From the NCBI RefSeq assembly GCF_988242995.1, contig NZ_OZ547043.1: DNA of 64,000 nt; one strand, 5' to 3'. How positions within the stretch are numbered: the first letter of the stretch is position 1; the number at the start of each line of letters is the position of its first letter. Both the position numbers and the translations under genes were made by a program. Positions 30,621-50,392 of this stretch are shown one piece after another. The notes beneath the pieces were generated by a model that saw only the letters and a program-made list of their open reading frames with translations, was not told where the DNA came from and searched no databases.

Positions 30621-33437
30621 ATGAGTGACTATAAATCAACCCTGAATTTGCCGGAAACAGGGTTCCCGATGCGTGGCGATCTCGCCAAGCGCGAACCGGG
30701 AATGCTGGCGCGTTGGACTGATGATGATCTGTACGGCATCATCCGTGCGGCTAAAAAAGGCAAAAAAACCTTCATTCTGCATGATGGCCCTCCTTATGCG
30801 AATGGCAGCATTCATATTGGTCACTCGGTTAACAAGATTCTGAAAGACATTATCGTGAAGTCCAAAGGGCTTTCCGGTTATGACTCGCCGTATGTGCCTG
30901 GCTGGGACTGCCACGGTCTGCCGATCGAGCTGAAAGTAGAGCAAGAGTACGGTAAGCCGGGTGAGAAATTTACCGCTGCTGAGTTCCGCGCCAAGTGCCG
31001 CGAATACGCGGCGACCCAGGTTGACGGTCAACGCAAAGACTTTATCCGTCTGGGCGTGCTGGGCGACTGGTCCCACCCGTACCTGACCATGGATTTCAAA
31101 ACTGAAGCTAATATCATCCGCGCGCTGGGCAAAATCATCGGCAACGGTCACCTGCACAAAGGCGCGAAGCCGGTACACTGGTGCGTTGACTGCCGTTCTG
31201 CGCTGGCGGAAGCGGAAGTTGAGTACTACGACAAAACTTCTCCGTCCATCGACGTTGCTTTCCAGGCGGTCGATCAGGATGCACTGAAAGCAAAATTTGC
31301 CGTAAGCAACGTTAACGGCCCAATCTCGCTGGTGATCTGGACCACTACGCCGTGGACTCTGCCTGCGAACCGCGCAATCTCTATTGCACCTGATTTCGAC
31401 TATGCGCTGGTGCAGATCGACGGTCAGGCCGTGATTCTGGCGAAAGATCTGGTTGAAAGCGTAATGCAGCGTATCGGCGTGACCGATTACACCATTCTCG
31501 GCACGGTAAAAGGTGCGGAGCTTGAGCTGCTGCGCTTTACCCATCCGTTTATGGGCTTCGACGTTCCGGCAATCCTCGGCGATCACGTTACCCTGGATGC
31601 CGGTACCGGTGCCGTTCACACCGCGCCTGGCCACGGCCCGGACGACTATGTGATCGGTCAGAAATACGGCCTGGAAACCGCTAACCCGGTTGGCCCGGAC
31701 GGCACTTATCTGCCGGGTACTTACCCGACGCTGGATGGCGTGAACGTTTTCAAAGCGAACGACATCGTTGTTGCGCTGCTGCAGGAAAAAGGCGCGCTGT
31801 TGCACGTTGAGAAAATGCAGCACAGCTATCCGTGCTGCTGGCGTCACAAAACGCCGATCATCTTCCGCGCGACGCCGCAGTGGTTCGTCAGCATGGATCA
31901 GAAAGGTCTGCGTGCGCAGTCACTGAAAGAGATCAAAGGCGTGCAGTGGATCCCGGACTGGGGCCAGGCGCGTATCGAGTCGATGGTTGCTAACCGTCCT
32001 GACTGGTGTATCTCCCGTCAGCGCACCTGGGGCGTACCGATGTCACTGTTCGTGCATAAAGACACGGAAGAGCTGCATCCGCGTACCCTCGAACTGATGG
32101 AAGAAGTGGCTAAACGCGTTGAAGTTGACGGCATCCAGGCGTGGTGGGATCTCGATGCGAAAGAGCTCCTCGGCGACGAAGCTGATCAGTATGTGAAAGT
32201 GCCGGATACGCTGGATGTATGGTTTGACTCCGGATCTACCCACTCTTCCGTTGTTGACGTGCGTCCGGAATTTGCCGGTCACGCAGCGGACATGTATCTG
32301 GAAGGTTCAGACCAGCACCGTGGCTGGTTCATGTCCTCTCTGATGATCTCTACCGCGATGAAGGGCAAAGCACCGTATCGTCAGGTACTGACCCACGGCT
32401 TTACCGTGGATGGTCAGGGCCGCAAGATGTCTAAATCCATCGGCAACACCGTTTCGCCGCAGGATGTGATGAACAAACTGGGCGCGGATATTCTGCGTCT
32501 GTGGGTGGCATCAACTGACTACACCGGTGAAATGGCCGTTTCTGACGAGATCCTGAAACGTGCTGCCGACAGCTATCGTCGTATCCGTAACACCGCGCGC
32601 TTCCTGCTGGCAAACCTGAACGGTTTTGATCCGGCAAAAGATATGGTGAAACCGGAAGAGATGGTGGTACTGGATCGCTGGGCCGTAGGTTGTGCGAAAG
32701 CGGCACAGGAAGACATCCTCAAGGCGTACGAAGCATACGATTTCCACGAAGTGGTACAGCGTCTGATGCGCTTCTGCTCCGTTGAGATGGGTTCCTTCTA
32801 CCTCGACATCATCAAAGACCGTCAGTACACCGCCAAAGCGGACAGTGTGGCGCGTCGTAGCTGCCAGACTGCGCTGTATCACATCGCGGAAGCGCTGGTG
32901 CGCTGGATGGCACCAATCCTCTCCTTCACCGCTGATGAAGTGTGGGGCTACCTGCCGGGCGAACGTGAAAAATACGTCTTCACCGGTGAGTGGTACGAAG
33001 GCCTGTTTGGTCTGGCAGACAGTGAAGCAATGAACGATGCGTTCTGGGACGAGCTGTTGAAAGTGCGTGGCGAAGTGAACAAAGTCATTGAGCAAGCGCG
33101 TGCCGACAAGAAAGTGGGCGGCTCGCTGGAAGCGGCAGTAACCTTGTATGCAGAACCGGAACTGGCGGCGAAACTGACCGCGCTGGGCGATGAATTACGA
33201 TTTGTCCTGTTGACCTCCGGCGCTACCGTTGCAGACTATAACGATGCACCTGCTGATGCTCAGCAGAGCGAAGTACTCAAAGGGCTGAAAGTCGCGTTGA
33301 GTAAAGCCGAAGGTGAGAAGTGCCCACGCTGCTGGCACTACACCCAGGATGTCGGTAAGGTGGCGGAACACGCAGAAATCTGCGGCCGCTGTGTCAGCAA
33401 CGTCGCCGGTGACGGTGAAAAACGTAAGTTTGCCTGA
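30621..33437 (+). CDS. ileS: Isoleucyl-tRNA synthetase
   Basis: 938-aa ORF with HIGH ([12 protein letters not shown]) and KMSKS motifs. Confidence 0.97.
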
Positions 33438-33931
33438 TGAGTCAATCGATCTGTTCAACAGGGCTACGCTGGCTGTGGCTGGTGGTAGTCGTGCTGATTA
33501 TCGATCTGGGCAGCAAATACCTGATCCTCCAGAACTTTGCTCTGGGGGATACGGTCCCGCTGTTCCCGTCGCTTAATCTGCATTATGCGCGTAACTATGG
33601 CGCGGCGTTTAGTTTCCTTGCCGATAGCGGCGGCTGGCAGCGTTGGTTCTTTGCCGGTATTGCGATTGGTATTAGCGTGATCCTGGCAGTGATGATGTAT
33701 CGCTCGAAGGCCACGCAGAAGCTAAACAATATCGCTTACGCGCTGATTATTGGCGGCGCACTGGGCAACCTGTTCGACCGCCTGTGGCACGGCTTCGTTG
33801 TCGATATGATCGACTTCTACGTCGGCGACTGGCACTTCGCCACCTTCAACCTTGCCGATACTGCCATCTGTGTCGGTGCGGCACTGATTGTGCTGGAAGG
33901 TTTTTTACCTTCTAAAGCGAAAAAACAATAA
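33437..33931 (+). CDS. lspA: Lipoprotein signal peptidase (signal peptidase II)
   Basis: 164-aa membrane ORF; its start shares one base with the ileS stop (TGATG). Confidence 0.95.
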
Positions 33932-33939
33932 TAAACCCT

Positions 33940-33988
33940 GCCGGATGCGGCCTACAGATTGCTGCGAAATCGTAGACCGCATCCGGCA
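33940..33988. repeat. REP-like palindrome between lspA and fkpB
   Basis: TGCCGGATGCGGCCTAC...GTAGACCGCATCCGGCA forms an inverted repeat built on the GCCGGATGCGG REP motif. Confidence 0.5.
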
Positions 33989-34018
33989 AAAATCCTCAAA
34001 ATATAAGAGCAAACCTGC

Positions 34019-34468
34019 ATGTCTGAATCTGTACAGAGCAATAGCGCCGTCCTGGTGCATTTCACGCTAAAACTCGACGATGGCACCACCGCCGAGTCTA
34101 CCCGCAACAACGGTAAACCGGCGCTATTCCGCCTGGGCGATGCTTCTCTTTCCGAAGGGCTGGAGCAACACCTGCTGGGGCTGAAAGTGGGCGATAAAAC
34201 CACTTTCTCGCTGGAGCCAGATGCGGCGTTTGGCGTGCCGTCACCGGATCTGATTCAGTACTTCTCCCGCCGTGAGTTTATGGATGCAGGCGAGCCAGAA
34301 ATTGGCGCAATCATGCTTTTTACCGCAATGGATGGCAGTGAGATGCCTGGCGTGATCCGCGAAATTAACGGCGACTCCATTACCGTTGATTTCAACCATC
34401 CGCTGGCCGGGCAGACCGTTCATTTTGATATTGAAGTGCTGGAAATCGATCCGGCACTGGAGGCGTAA
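34019..34468 (+). CDS. fkpB: FKBP-type peptidyl-prolyl cis-trans isomerase FkpB (SlpA)
   Basis: 149-aa [52 protein letters not shown]... Confidence 0.9.
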
Positions 34469-34469
34469 C

Positions 34470-35420
34470 ATGCAGATCCTGTTGGCCAACCCGCGTGGTT
34501 TTTGTGCCGGGGTAGACCGCGCTATCAGCATTGTTGAAAACGCGCTGGCCATTTACGGCGCACCGATATATGTCCGTCACGAAGTGGTGCATAACCGCTA
34601 CGTGGTCGATAGCCTGCGCGAGCGTGGGGCTATCTTTATTGAGCAGATTAGCGAAGTGCCGGACGGCGCGATCCTGATTTTCTCCGCACACGGTGTTTCT
34701 CAGGCGGTACGTAACGAAGCGAAAAGCCGTGATTTAACGGTATTCGACGCCACCTGCCCGCTGGTGACCAAAGTGCATATGGAAGTCGCCCGCGCCAGTC
34801 GCCGTGGCGAAGAATCTATTCTCATCGGCCACGCCGGGCACCCGGAAGTGGAAGGTACGATGGGCCAGTACAGTAACCCGGAAGGGGGAATGTATCTGGT
34901 CGAATCGCCAGACGATGTGTGGAAACTGACGGTCAAAAACGAAGAGAAGCTCTCCTTTATGACCCAAACCACTCTGTCGGTGGATGACACGTCTGATGTG
35001 ATCGACGCGCTGCGTAAACGCTTCCCGAAAATTGTCGGTCCGCGCAAAGATGACATCTGCTACGCCACGACTAACCGTCAGGAAGCGGTACGCGCCCTGG
35101 CAGAACAGGCGGAAGTTGTGCTGGTGGTCGGTTCGAAAAACTCCTCCAACTCCAACCGTCTGGCGGAGCTGGCCCAGCGGATGGGCAAACGCGCGTTTTT
35201 GATTGACGATGCGAAAGATATCCAGGAAGAGTGGGTGAAAGAGGTTAAATGCGTCGGCGTGACTGCGGGCGCATCGGCTCCGGATATTCTGGTGCAGAAT
35301 GTGGTGGCACGTTTGCAGCAGCTGGGTGGTGGTGAAGCCATTCCGCTGGAAGGCCGTGAAGAAAACATTGTTTTCGAAGTGCCGAAAGAGCTGCGTGTCG
35401 ATATTCGTGAAGTCGATTAA
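34470..35420 (+). CDS. ispH: 4-hydroxy-3-methylbut-2-enyl diphosphate reductase (IspH/LytB)
   Basis: [42 protein letters not shown]...; 316 aa from the internal Met of the ORF-track ORF. Confidence 0.95.
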
Positions 35421-35446
35421 GTCATTAGCAGCCTAAGTTATGCGAA

Positions 35447-35475
35447 AATGCCGGTCTTGTTACCGGCATTTTTTA
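35447..35475 (+). terminator. Probable rho-independent terminator after ispH
   Basis: GCCGGTCTTGTTACCGGC hairpin followed by ATTTTTTAT. Confidence 0.6.
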
Positions 35476-35485
35476 TGGAGAAAAC

Positions 35486-36400
35486 ATGCGTTTACCTATT
35501 TTCCTCGATACTGACCCCGGCATTGACGATGCCGTCGCCATTGCTGCCGCGATTTTTGCCCCCGAACTCGACCTGCAACTGATGACCACCGTCGCGGGTA
35601 ATGTCTCGGTTGAGAAAACCACCCGCAACGCCCTGCAACTGCTGCATTTCTGGAATGCGGAGATTCCGCTCGCTCAGGGAGCCGCTGTGCCGCTGGTACG
35701 CGCACCGCGTGATGCGGCATCTGTGCACGGCGAATCGGGAATGGCTGGCTACGACTTTGTTGAGCACAACCGAAAGCCACTCGAGATACCAGCGTTTCTG
35801 GCGATTCGTGATGCCCTGATGCGTGCACCAGAGCCTGTTACCCTGGTGGCCATTGGCCCGTTAACCAATATTGCGCTGTTACTTTCACAATGCCCGGAAT
35901 GTAAACCGTATATTCGTCGTCTGGTGATCATGGGCGGTTCTGCTGGTCGCGGCAACTGTACACCAAATGCCGAGTTTAATATCGCCGCCGATCCAGAAGC
36001 GGCTGCCTGTGTCTTCCGTAGCGGCATCGAAATCGTCATGTGCGGTCTGGATGTCACCAATCAGGCAATATTAACCCCTGACTATCTCGCTACCTTGCCG
36101 GAGTTGAATCGCACCGGAAAAATGCTCCACGCCCTGTTTAGTCACTACCGTAGCGGCAGTATGCAAAGTGGACTGCGAATGCACGATCTCTGCGCCATCG
36201 CCTGGCTGGTGCGCCCGGACCTGTTCACTCTCAAGCCGTGTTTTGTGGCAGTGGAAACGCAGGGCGAATTTACCTCTGGCACGACGGTGGTTGATATCGA
36301 CGGTTGCCTGGGCAAACCAGCCAATGTACAGGTGGCATTGGATCTGAATGTAAAAGGCTTCCAGCAGTGGGTAGCTGAGGTGCTGGCTCTGGTGCCGTAA
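35486..36400 (+). CDS. rihC: Non-specific ribonucleoside hydrolase RihC
   Basis: 304-aa [43 protein letters not shown] with the nucleoside hydrolase DTDPGIDD motif. Confidence 0.9.
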   Translation: MRLPIFLDTDPGIDDAVAIAAAIFAPELDLQLMTTVAGNVSVEKTTRNALQLLHFWNAEIPLAQGAAVPLVRAPRDAASVHGESGMAGYDFVEHNRKPLEIPAFLAIRDALMRAPEPVTLVAIGPLTNIALLLSQCPECKPYIRRLVIMGGSAGRGNCTPNAEFNIAADPEAAACVFRSGIEIVMCGLDVTNQAILTPDYLATLPELNRTGKMLHALFSHYRSGSMQSGLRMHDLCAIAWLVRPDLFTLKPCFVAVETQGEFTSGTTVVDIDGCLGKPANVQVALDLNVKGFQQWVAEVLALVP

Positions 36401-36551
36401 CCTGTCACATGTTATCGGCATGCAGTCATTCATCGACTCATGCCTTTCACTGATATCCCTCCCTGTTTATCATTAATTTCTAATTATCAGCGTTTTTGGC
36501 TGGCGGCGTAGCGATGCGCTGGTTACTCTGAAAACGGTCTATGCAAATTAA

Positions 36552-37388
<837 letters not shown>

Positions 37389-37794
37389 CCACAAAATGTT
37401 TATGATGATGCAAAAATAACACATTTAATTTATTGATTATAAAGGGCTTTAATTTTTAGCCCTTTTATTTTTGGTATTATGTTTTTAAATTTTATGTAAG
37501 TGCTAAAAATTACACGTTTTGTCTTCTGTTTTTGTTGTTTTAATGTAAATTTTGACCATCTGGTCCACTTTTTTCTGCTCATTTTTATTTCATGCAATCT
37601 TCTTGCTGCGCAAGCGTTTTCCAGAACATGTTATATGATCTTTTTGTCGCTTAATGCCTGTAAAACATGCATGAGCCACAAAATAATATAAAAAATCCCG
37701 CCATTAAGTTGACTTTTAGCGCCCATATCTCCAGAATGCCGCCGTTTGCCAGAAATTCGTCGGTAAGCAGATTTGCATTGATTTACGTCATCAT

Positions 37795-37834
37795 TGTGAA
37801 TTAATATGCAAATAAAGTGAGTGAATATTCTCTG
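37795..37834 (+). promoter_or_regulatory. Tandem ARG boxes (ArgR operators) overlapping the carAB P2 promoter
   Basis: TGTGAATTAATATGCAAA and GTGAGTGAATATTCTCTG resemble the ARG-box consensus (TGAAT..ATTCA) just upstream of the carA start and its GGAGGG Shine-Dalgarno. Confidence 0.5.
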
Positions 37835-37843
37835 GAGGGTGTT

Positions 37844-38992
37844 TTGATTAAGTCAGCGCTATTGGTTCTGGAAGACGGAACCCAGTTTCACGGTCGGGCC
37901 ATAGGGGCAACAGGTTCGGCGGTTGGGGAAGTCGTTTTCAATACTTCAATGACCGGTTATCAAGAAATCCTCACTGATCCTTCCTATTCTCGTCAAATCG
38001 TTACTCTTACTTATCCCCATATTGGCAATGTCGGCACTAATGACGCCGATGAAGAATCTTCTCAGGTACATGCACAAGGTCTGGTGATTCGCGACCTGCC
38101 GCTGATTGCCAGCAACTTCCGTAATACCGAAGACCTCTCTTCTTATCTGAAGCGCCATAACATCGTGGCGATTGCCGATATCGATACCCGTAAGCTGACG
38201 CGTTTACTGCGCGAGAAAGGCGCACAGAATGGCTGCATTATCGCAGGCGATAACCCGGATGCGGCGCTGGCATTAGAAAAAGCCCGCGCGTTCCCAGGTC
38301 TGAACGGCATGGATCTGGCAAAAGAAGTGACCACCGCAGAAGCCTATAGCTGGACACAAGGGAGCTGGACGTTGACCGGCGGCCTGCCAGAAGCGAAAAA
38401 AGAAGACGAGCAGCCGTTCCACGTCGTGGCTTATGATTTTGGTGCCAAGCGCAACATCCTGCGGATGCTGGTGGATAGAGGCTGTCGCCTGACCATCGTT
38501 CCGGCGCAAACTTCTGCGGAAGACGTGCTGAAAATGAATCCAGACGGCATCTTCCTCTCCAACGGTCCTGGCGACCCGGCCCCATGCGATTACGCCATTA
38601 CCGCCATCCAGAAATTCCTCGAAACCGATATTCCGGTATTCGGCATCTGCCTCGGTCATCAGCTGCTGGCGCTGGCGAGCGGTGCGAAGACTGTCAAAAT
38701 GAAATTTGGTCACCACGGCGGCAACCATCCGGTTAAAGATGTTGAGAAAAACGTGGTGATGATCACCGCCCAGAACCACGGTTTTGCGGTGGATGAAGCA
38801 ACATTACCTGCAAACCTGCGTGTCACGCATAAATCCCTGTTCGACGGTACGTTACAGGGCATTCATCGCACCGATAAACCGGCGTTCAGCTTCCAGGGGC
38901 ACCCTGAAGCCAGCCCTGGTCCACACGACGCCGCGCCGTTGTTCGACCACTTTATCGAGTTAATTGAGCAGTACCGTAAAACCGCTAAGTAA
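37844..38992 (+). CDS. carA: Carbamoyl-phosphate synthase small (glutamine amidotransferase) subunit
   Basis: ORF-track ORF 37817..38992; TTG start at 37844 preceded by GGAGGG gives the canonical 382-aa CarA ([24 protein letters not shown]...). Confidence 0.9.
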   Translation: MIKSALLVLEDGTQFHGRAIGATGSAVGEVVFNTSMTGYQEILTDPSYSRQIVTLTYPHIGNVGTNDADEESSQVHAQGLVIRDLPLIASNFRNTEDLSSYLKRHNIVAIADIDTRKLTRLLREKGAQNGCIIAGDNPDAALALEKARAFPGLNGMDLAKEVTTAEAYSWTQGSWTLTGGLPEAKKEDEQPFHVVAYDFGAKRNILRMLVDRGCRLTIVPAQTSAEDVLKMNPDGIFLSNGPGDPAPCDYAITAIQKFLETDIPVFGICLGHQLLALASGAKTVKMKFGHHGGNHPVKDVEKNVVMITAQNHGFAVDEATLPANLRVTHKSLFDGTLQGIHRTDKPAFSFQGHPEASPGPHDAAPLFDHFIELIEQYRKTAK

Positions 38993-39009
38993 TCAGGAGT
39001 AAAAGAGCC

Positions 39010-42228
<3,219 letters not shown>

Positions 42229-42280
42229 TAGCGTGTCATGGCGGATATTTTTCATCCGCTAATTTGATCGAATAACTAAT

Positions 42281-42309
42281 ACGGTTCTCTGATGAGGACC
42301 GTTTTTTTT
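42281..42309 (+). terminator. Probable rho-independent terminator after carB
   Basis: ACGGTTCTCTGATGAGGACCGT imperfect hairpin followed by TTTTTTTTG. Confidence 0.55.
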
Positions 42310-42488
42310 GCCCATTAAGTAAATCTTTTGGGGAATCGATATTTTTGATGACATAAGCAGGATTTAGCTCACACTTATCGACGGTGAAGTTGCATACTAT
42401 CGATATATCCACAATTTTAATATGGCCTTGTTTAATTGCTTCAAAACGAGTCATAGCCAGACTTTTAATTTGTGAAACTGGAGTTCGT

Positions 42489-42884
42489 ATGTGTGAAGGA
42501 TATGTTGAAAAACCACTCTACTTGTTAATCGCCGAATGGATGATGGCTGAAAATCGGTGGGTGATAGCAAGAGAGATCTCTATTCATTTCGATATTGAAC
42601 ACAGCAAGGCGGTTAATACCCTGACTTATATTCTGTCGGAAGTCACAGAAATAAGCTGCGAAGTTAAGATGATCCCTAATAAGCTGGAAGGGCGGGGATG
42701 CCAGTGTCAGCGACTGGTTAAAGTGGTCGATATCGATGAGCAAATTTACGCGCGCCTGCGCAATAACAGTCGGGAAAAATTAGTCGGCGTAAGAAAGACG
42801 CCGCGTATTCCTGCCGTTCCGCTCACGGAACTTAACCGCGAGCAGAAGTGGCAGATGATGTTGTCAAAGAGTATGCGTCGTTAA
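42489..42884 (+). CDS. caiF: Transcriptional activator CaiF of the cai/fix operons
   Basis: MCEGYVEKPLYLLIAEWMMAENRWVIAREISIHFDIEHSKAVNTLTYIL...; 131 aa from the internal Met of the ORF-track ORF. Confidence 0.8.
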   Translation: MCEGYVEKPLYLLIAEWMMAENRWVIAREISIHFDIEHSKAVNTLTYILSEVTEISCEVKMIPNKLEGRGCQCQRLVKVVDIDEQIYARLRNNSREKLVGVRKTPRIPAVPLTELNREQKWQMMLSKSMRR

Positions 42885-42913
42885 TGTCGTTTCGTTGATA
42901 CCGTGCGACCTGG

Positions 42914-42997
42914 TCGCCGGATGCGATGCTGGCGCATCTTATATGGCCTACGGTTCCTTTCCAGCTAGGTCGGATAAGGCGTTTACGCCGCATCCGG
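42914..42997. repeat. BIME: two inverted REP units between caiF and caiE
   Basis: CGCCGGATGCGATGCTGGCGCATCTTATATGGCCTAC and TAGGTCGGATAAGGCGTTTACGCCGCATCCGG. Confidence 0.7.
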
Positions 42998-43002
42998 AAA
43001 GA

Positions 43003-43593
43003 TCACCGTTTCGGCGTCACATCCGTCGTCCCCTGCAAACGGGGGCGATTTTCCTCCATTTGCCTCAGTGGTTGTGTTTCATGTAACGATGCATGACAGC
43101 GCCCGACAAGATCCTGATACTCTTTGGTATTCAACCGTTTCCAGTGTAACTCGTCGCCACTAACAGTGCGTACAGCGTGGGCTGGCGTACCGATCAACAA
43201 CTGGCGTTTCTCGCCGCGAAAGCCCGCTTTGACAAAGCTCATGGCGGCAACAATGCTCTCTTCGCCAATGACCGCGCCATCCATAATCACGCTGTTCATC
43301 CCGACCAATGCATCGCGACCAATCACACAACCATGCAGGATCGCTCCGTGCCCGATATGGCCGTTTTCCCCAACGATAGTGTCAGTGTCGCAGTAGCCAT
43401 GCATAATGCAGCCATCCTGAATATTGGCTCCCGCTTGCACGATCAACCGCCCGTAATCACCACGCAGTGAGGCGAGTGGGCCGATGTAGACACCGGCTCC
43501 CACAATCACATCGCCAATCAATACTGCACTGGGATGGACAAACGCCGTCGGGTGAACCACCGGAATTAACCCCTCAAAGGCGTAATAGCTCAC
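43003..43593 (-). CDS. caiE: Carnitine operon protein CaiE (hexapeptide-repeat transferase family)
   Basis: ORF-track ORF 43003..43614; a GTG start at 43593 ([34 protein letters not shown]...) gives the 196-aa form, but the upstream ATG at 43614 cannot be excluded. Confidence 0.8.
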   Translation of the reverse strand: MSYYAFEGLIPVVHPTAFVHPSAVLIGDVIVGAGVYIGPLASLRGDYGRLIVQAGANIQDGCIMHGYCDTDTIVGENGHIGHGAILHGCVIGRDALVGMNSVIMDGAVIGEESIVAAMSFVKAGFRGEKRQLLIGTPAHAVRTVSGDELHWKRLNTKEYQDLVGRCHASLHETQPLRQMEENRPRLQGTTDVTPKR

Positions 43594-43598
43594 GGTTG

Positions 43599-44384
43599 TT
43601 AACGTCCTTTCCACACTGGATCGCGCTTCTCGGCAAACGCCAGCGGCCCTTCAATGGCATCTTCCGAATGCAGAACCGACGGATAGTGTTTCAACACGCC
43701 GCTGCGAATATAGCGATACGCTTCTTCTACCGGCATTTCGCTGGTGGTGCGGTAGATCTCTTTCAGCGCCGCAATCGCCAGCGGAGCGCTGTTAACCAGC
43801 TGCTGCGCCAGTTCGCGGGCGTTATCCATCAGTTCCGCCTGGCTAACCACGCGGTTGACTATCCCCCAACGCAGCGCCTCTTCTGCGCCCATTCGTCTGC
43901 CGGTCATCACCATTTCATTGACGATGGCAGGCGGCAGGATCTTCGGCAGACGCAGCACGCCGCCGCTGTCAGGAACGATGCCCAGTTTGGCTTCCGGCAG
44001 GGCGAAGCTGGCATTATCGGCACAAACAATAAAATCTGCCGCCAGCGCCAGTTCAAAGCCGCCGCCAAAGGCATAGCCGTTCACAGCTGCGATAACCGGT
44101 TTGTCGAGATTGAAAATTTCGGTTAATCCTGCAAAACCACCCGGGCCAAAGTCAGCATCCGGTGCTTCGCCTTCTGCTGCCGCTTTTAAATCCCAGCCCG
44201 CGGAAAAGAATTTCTCTCCGGCACCGGTAATAATGGCGACACGTAATTGCGGATCGTCACGGAAATTTAGAAATACTTCGCCCATTTCAAAGCTGGTTTT
44301 TGCATCAATAGCATTCGCTTTTGGGCGATCAAGGGTAATTTCCAGAATTGATCCATTGCGGGTCAGATGTAATGATTCACTCAT
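43599..44384 (-). CDS. caiD: Carnitinyl-CoA dehydratase (crotonase family)
   Basis: [38 protein letters not shown]...; 261 aa from the internal Met of the ORF-track ORF. Confidence 0.9.
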   Translation of the reverse strand: MSESLHLTRNGSILEITLDRPKANAIDAKTSFEMGEVFLNFRDDPQLRVAIITGAGEKFFSAGWDLKAAAEGEAPDADFGPGGFAGLTEIFNLDKPVIAAVNGYAFGGGFELALAADFIVCADNASFALPEAKLGIVPDSGGVLRLPKILPPAIVNEMVMTGRRMGAEEALRWGIVNRVVSQAELMDNARELAQQLVNSAPLAIAALKEIYRTTSEMPVEEAYRYIRSGVLKHYPSVLHSEDAIEGPLAFAEKRDPVWKGR

Positions 44385-44492
44385 TCCTTTTCTCCATTTT
44401 TGCTTTTTCAGGGACGACAACATCCCTGCAAAAAATGCATATTGTTTTAGAGCGTGATTATTAGCTGGCAGGGTAGTTCCCTGCCGTTTCAT

Positions 44493-46046
44493 TTATTTAA
44501 GATTCTTTCTAATTATTTTCCCCGAGCAATTACGTGGCAGATCTTTTCTGATCTCCAGATAAGAGGGCACTTTAAATTTCGCCATATTTTGTTCGCAGAA
44601 GCGGAAAAATTCCTCTTCGCTCAATGTTTCACCTTCATTCAGCACCACAAATGCTTTGATGGCTTCATCGCGAATCGAATCTTTAATACCCACAACCACG
44701 ATATCCTGAATTTTTGGATGGGTGGCGATAATATTTTCCAGCTCCACGCAGGAGACATTCTCGCCACCGCGTTTGATCATATTGCAGCGGCGATCGACGA
44801 AATAAAAAAAGCCCTCTTCGTCGCGGTATCCGGTATCGCCGGTATGTAGCCAGCCATCGGCTTCCAGCACTTTCGCAGTGGCTTTCGGGTTGAGAAAATA
44901 CTCTTTGAAGATGGTTTTCCCTGGTACGCCTTTAATACAGATTTCACCGATCTCACCTGCCGGGAGCGGGCGATTGTGATCGTCGCGGATCTCCGCTTCG
45001 TAGCAAAAGCCCGCCCGACCAATCGACGGCCAGCGTCGTTTATCGCCAGGGCGATCGCCGATAATGCCCACAATGGTTTCCGTCATCCCATAAGACGTCA
45101 GCAAGCGAACGCTGAAGCGTTCACAAAACGCGTCTTTTTCCTGCTCCGACAGGTTGAGATAAAACATCACTTCCCGCAGGCAGTGTTGCCGATCGTTCGC
45201 TGAAGGCGGCTGCACCATCAACGTACGAATCATCATCGGAATACATTCGGTAATGGTGGCGCGGTACTTCTGCACCTGTCCCCAGAAGGCGCGGGCGCTG
45301 TATTTCTCGACCAGCACAAAGGTGGCCCCGGCAGAAAACGCCGCCATCGCCGCAGTACACTGGCAGTCAATATGAAACGCAGGCATTACCGTCAGGTAGA
45401 CGTCATCGTCACGCAGTGCACACTGCCAGGCGGAGTAATATCCAGCGAAGCGCAGGTTGTAATGGGTAATCACCACACCTTTCGGTCGGGAGGTAGTGCC
45501 GGAGGTGAAGAGAATTTCCGCCGTATCGTCAGTCGATAGCGGCGGTGCATAGCACAAGGTGGCAGGTTGTTGATTTTTCAGTTGAGTAAACGAACTCACG
45601 CCATCATCAGCGGGAAGTGCCACATCTGTCAGGCAAATGTGCCGCAACTGCGTGGCATCTTCCTGCTGAATCTGTTGATACATAGGATAAAATTGCGCAC
45701 TGGTCACCAGCAGGCACGCCTGGCTATTTTGCAGGAGCCACGCGCTTTCCTCGCGTAACAGGCGGGCGTTAATCGGCACCATAATCGCGCCAATTTTTGC
45801 CAGCCCGAACCAGCAAAAGATAAATTCCGGGCAGTTGTCGAGATGTAGAGCAACCTTGTCGCCTTTGCGAATCCCCAGCGTATAAAACAGGTTTGCCGTG
45901 CGGTTAATCTCCTGATTTAACTTAAGATAACTATACCGGTTAACGACTCCGCTGCTGGATTCACAAATCAGCGCCGTTTTATGACCGTAAACGTCCGCCA
46001 GATCGTCCCACATTTGACGTAGATGTTGTCCGCCAATGATATCCAT
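44493..46046 (-). CDS. caiC: Crotonobetaine/carnitine-CoA ligase
   Basis: [40 protein letters not shown]... with the AMP-binding motif [10 protein letters not shown]; the start may instead be 5 codons upstream at 46061. Confidence 0.9.
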   Translation of the reverse strand: MDIIGGQHLRQMWDDLADVYGHKTALICESSSGVVNRYSYLKLNQEINRTANLFYTLGIRKGDKVALHLDNCPEFIFCWFGLAKIGAIMVPINARLLREESAWLLQNSQACLLVTSAQFYPMYQQIQQEDATQLRHICLTDVALPADDGVSSFTQLKNQQPATLCYAPPLSTDDTAEILFTSGTTSRPKGVVITHYNLRFAGYYSAWQCALRDDDVYLTVMPAFHIDCQCTAAMAAFSAGATFVLVEKYSARAFWGQVQKYRATITECIPMMIRTLMVQPPSANDRQHCLREVMFYLNLSEQEKDAFCERFSVRLLTSYGMTETIVGIIGDRPGDKRRWPSIGRAGFCYEAEIRDDHNRPLPAGEIGEICIKGVPGKTIFKEYFLNPKATAKVLEADGWLHTGDTGYRDEEGFFYFVDRRCNMIKRGGENVSCVELENIIATHPKIQDIVVVGIKDSIRDEAIKAFVVLNEGETLSEEEFFRFCEQNMAKFKVPSYLEIRKDLPRNCSGKIIRKNLK

Positions 46047-46119
46047 TGCACCTCTATCCATTGTTGTTCGTTTGTTATTGGGCGGGCGCTAGTCAGGCAA
46101 GCCGACTGACGCCACGCGT

Positions 46120-47355
<1,236 letters not shown>

Positions 47356-47371
47356 TTATGTAGCGCATGAC

Positions 47372-47444
<73 letters not shown>

Positions 47445-47454
47445 GCGCACGGAC

Positions 47455-48597
47455 TTAGCGGTATTGCTTCAGCACCGCGCGACCCAGCGTCAGGATCTGC
47501 ATTTCGTCAGATCCTCCGGAGACGCGGTCTACACGCAGGTCACGCCAGAAGCGGCTGATGCGGTGGTTGCCCGCAATCCCGACACCGCCCAGCACCTGCA
47601 TTGCGCTATCCACCACTTCAAATGCCGCATTGGCGCAGAAGTATTTGCACATCGCTGCATCGCCAGAGGTGGTGGTGCCGTTGTCTGCTTTCCACGCTGC
47701 TTCATACAGCATGTTTTTCATGGAGTTTAATTTGATCGCCATGTGGGCGAATTTTTCCTGAATCAACTGGAAACGACCAATAGCCTCGCCAAACTGCACG
47801 CGCTGGTTGGCGTAGCGCGCCGCATCTTCAAAGGCGCACATCGCCGTACCGTAGTTGGTCAGGGCTACCAGGAAACGTTCATGGTCGAACTCTTCTTTGA
47901 CGCGGTTAAAGCCGTTACCTTCGCGACCGAACATGTCTTTCTCGTCCAGTTCCACGTCGTCAAAGGTGATTTCACAGCAGCTATCCATACGCAGACCGAG
48001 CTTTTCAAGTTTGGTCACTTTGATGCCCGGTTTGCTCATATCAACAAACCATTCGGTGTAGACAGGTTTGTCCGGAGAAGCCCCGTCGCGCGCCATCACC
48101 ACGATGTACGGGGTGTAGGCGCTGCTGGTAATAAAACACTTACTACCATTAAGATAAATCTTACCATTTCTACGGGTATAAGTCGTTTTCAGGCTACCCA
48201 CGTCGGAGCCCGCGCCCGGTTCGGTAATCGCTGAGTTCCACATCTGCTTACCGGTGCCGCGGAAAGCCATAATCTTGTCGATCTGCTCTTGTGTGCCTTC
48301 GCGCAGGAAGGTATTGAACCCGCCCGGCAACTGGTACAGCACATAGGTTGGTGCCCCCAGACGTCCCAGCTCCATCCACACGGCGGCGAGAGTAACAAAC
48401 CCCGCGTCCAGACCACCGTGCTCTTCAGGGATCAGCAGACTGTCGATCCCCATATCCGCCAGTGCTTTGACAAAACGTTCCGGGTAGACGCTGTCACGGT
48501 CGCACTCGGCAAAATAGGCCTCCCAGTTTTCGCTGGCCATCAGTTCGCGGATACCGGCGACAAACAGTTCCTGCTCATCATTTAAATTAAAATCCAT
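47455..48597 (-). CDS. caiA: Crotonobetainyl-CoA reductase (acyl-CoA dehydrogenase family)
   Basis: 380-aa [53 protein letters not shown]... Confidence 0.95.
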   Translation of the reverse strand: MDFNLNDEQELFVAGIRELMASENWEAYFAECDRDSVYPERFVKALADMGIDSLLIPEEHGGLDAGFVTLAAVWMELGRLGAPTYVLYQLPGGFNTFLREGTQEQIDKIMAFRGTGKQMWNSAITEPGAGSDVGSLKTTYTRRNGKIYLNGSKCFITSSAYTPYIVVMARDGASPDKPVYTEWFVDMSKPGIKVTKLEKLGLRMDSCCEITFDDVELDEKDMFGREGNGFNRVKEEFDHERFLVALTNYGTAMCAFEDAARYANQRVQFGEAIGRFQLIQEKFAHMAIKLNSMKNMLYEAAWKADNGTTTSGDAAMCKYFCANAAFEVVDSAMQVLGGVGIAGNHRISRFWRDLRVDRVSGGSDEMQILTLGRAVLKQYR

Positions 48598-48627
48598 CTT
48601 TCAACCTCTTGATATTTTGGGGGTTAA

Positions 48628-50145
<1,518 letters not shown>

Positions 50146-50392
50146 TTAATTCCACTGTGAAAACGAATATTTATTTTGCGTTCCCGTTTGTTTTATTTTT
50201 GTTAACATTTAATATAATTATTATTAACCTCGTGGACGCGTTAATGGCTAACTCATAATGGGTATTCAATTGGCTGCGTTCTGTGATGTTAGTCACGGTT
50301 TTTTATCGGGTAAAAACAGGGCGTCTTTGTGTAAATATTAATTGTTTATCAATGTGATAAGTTTGATTGTGAGTAAAAAAATAGCATCTGAC

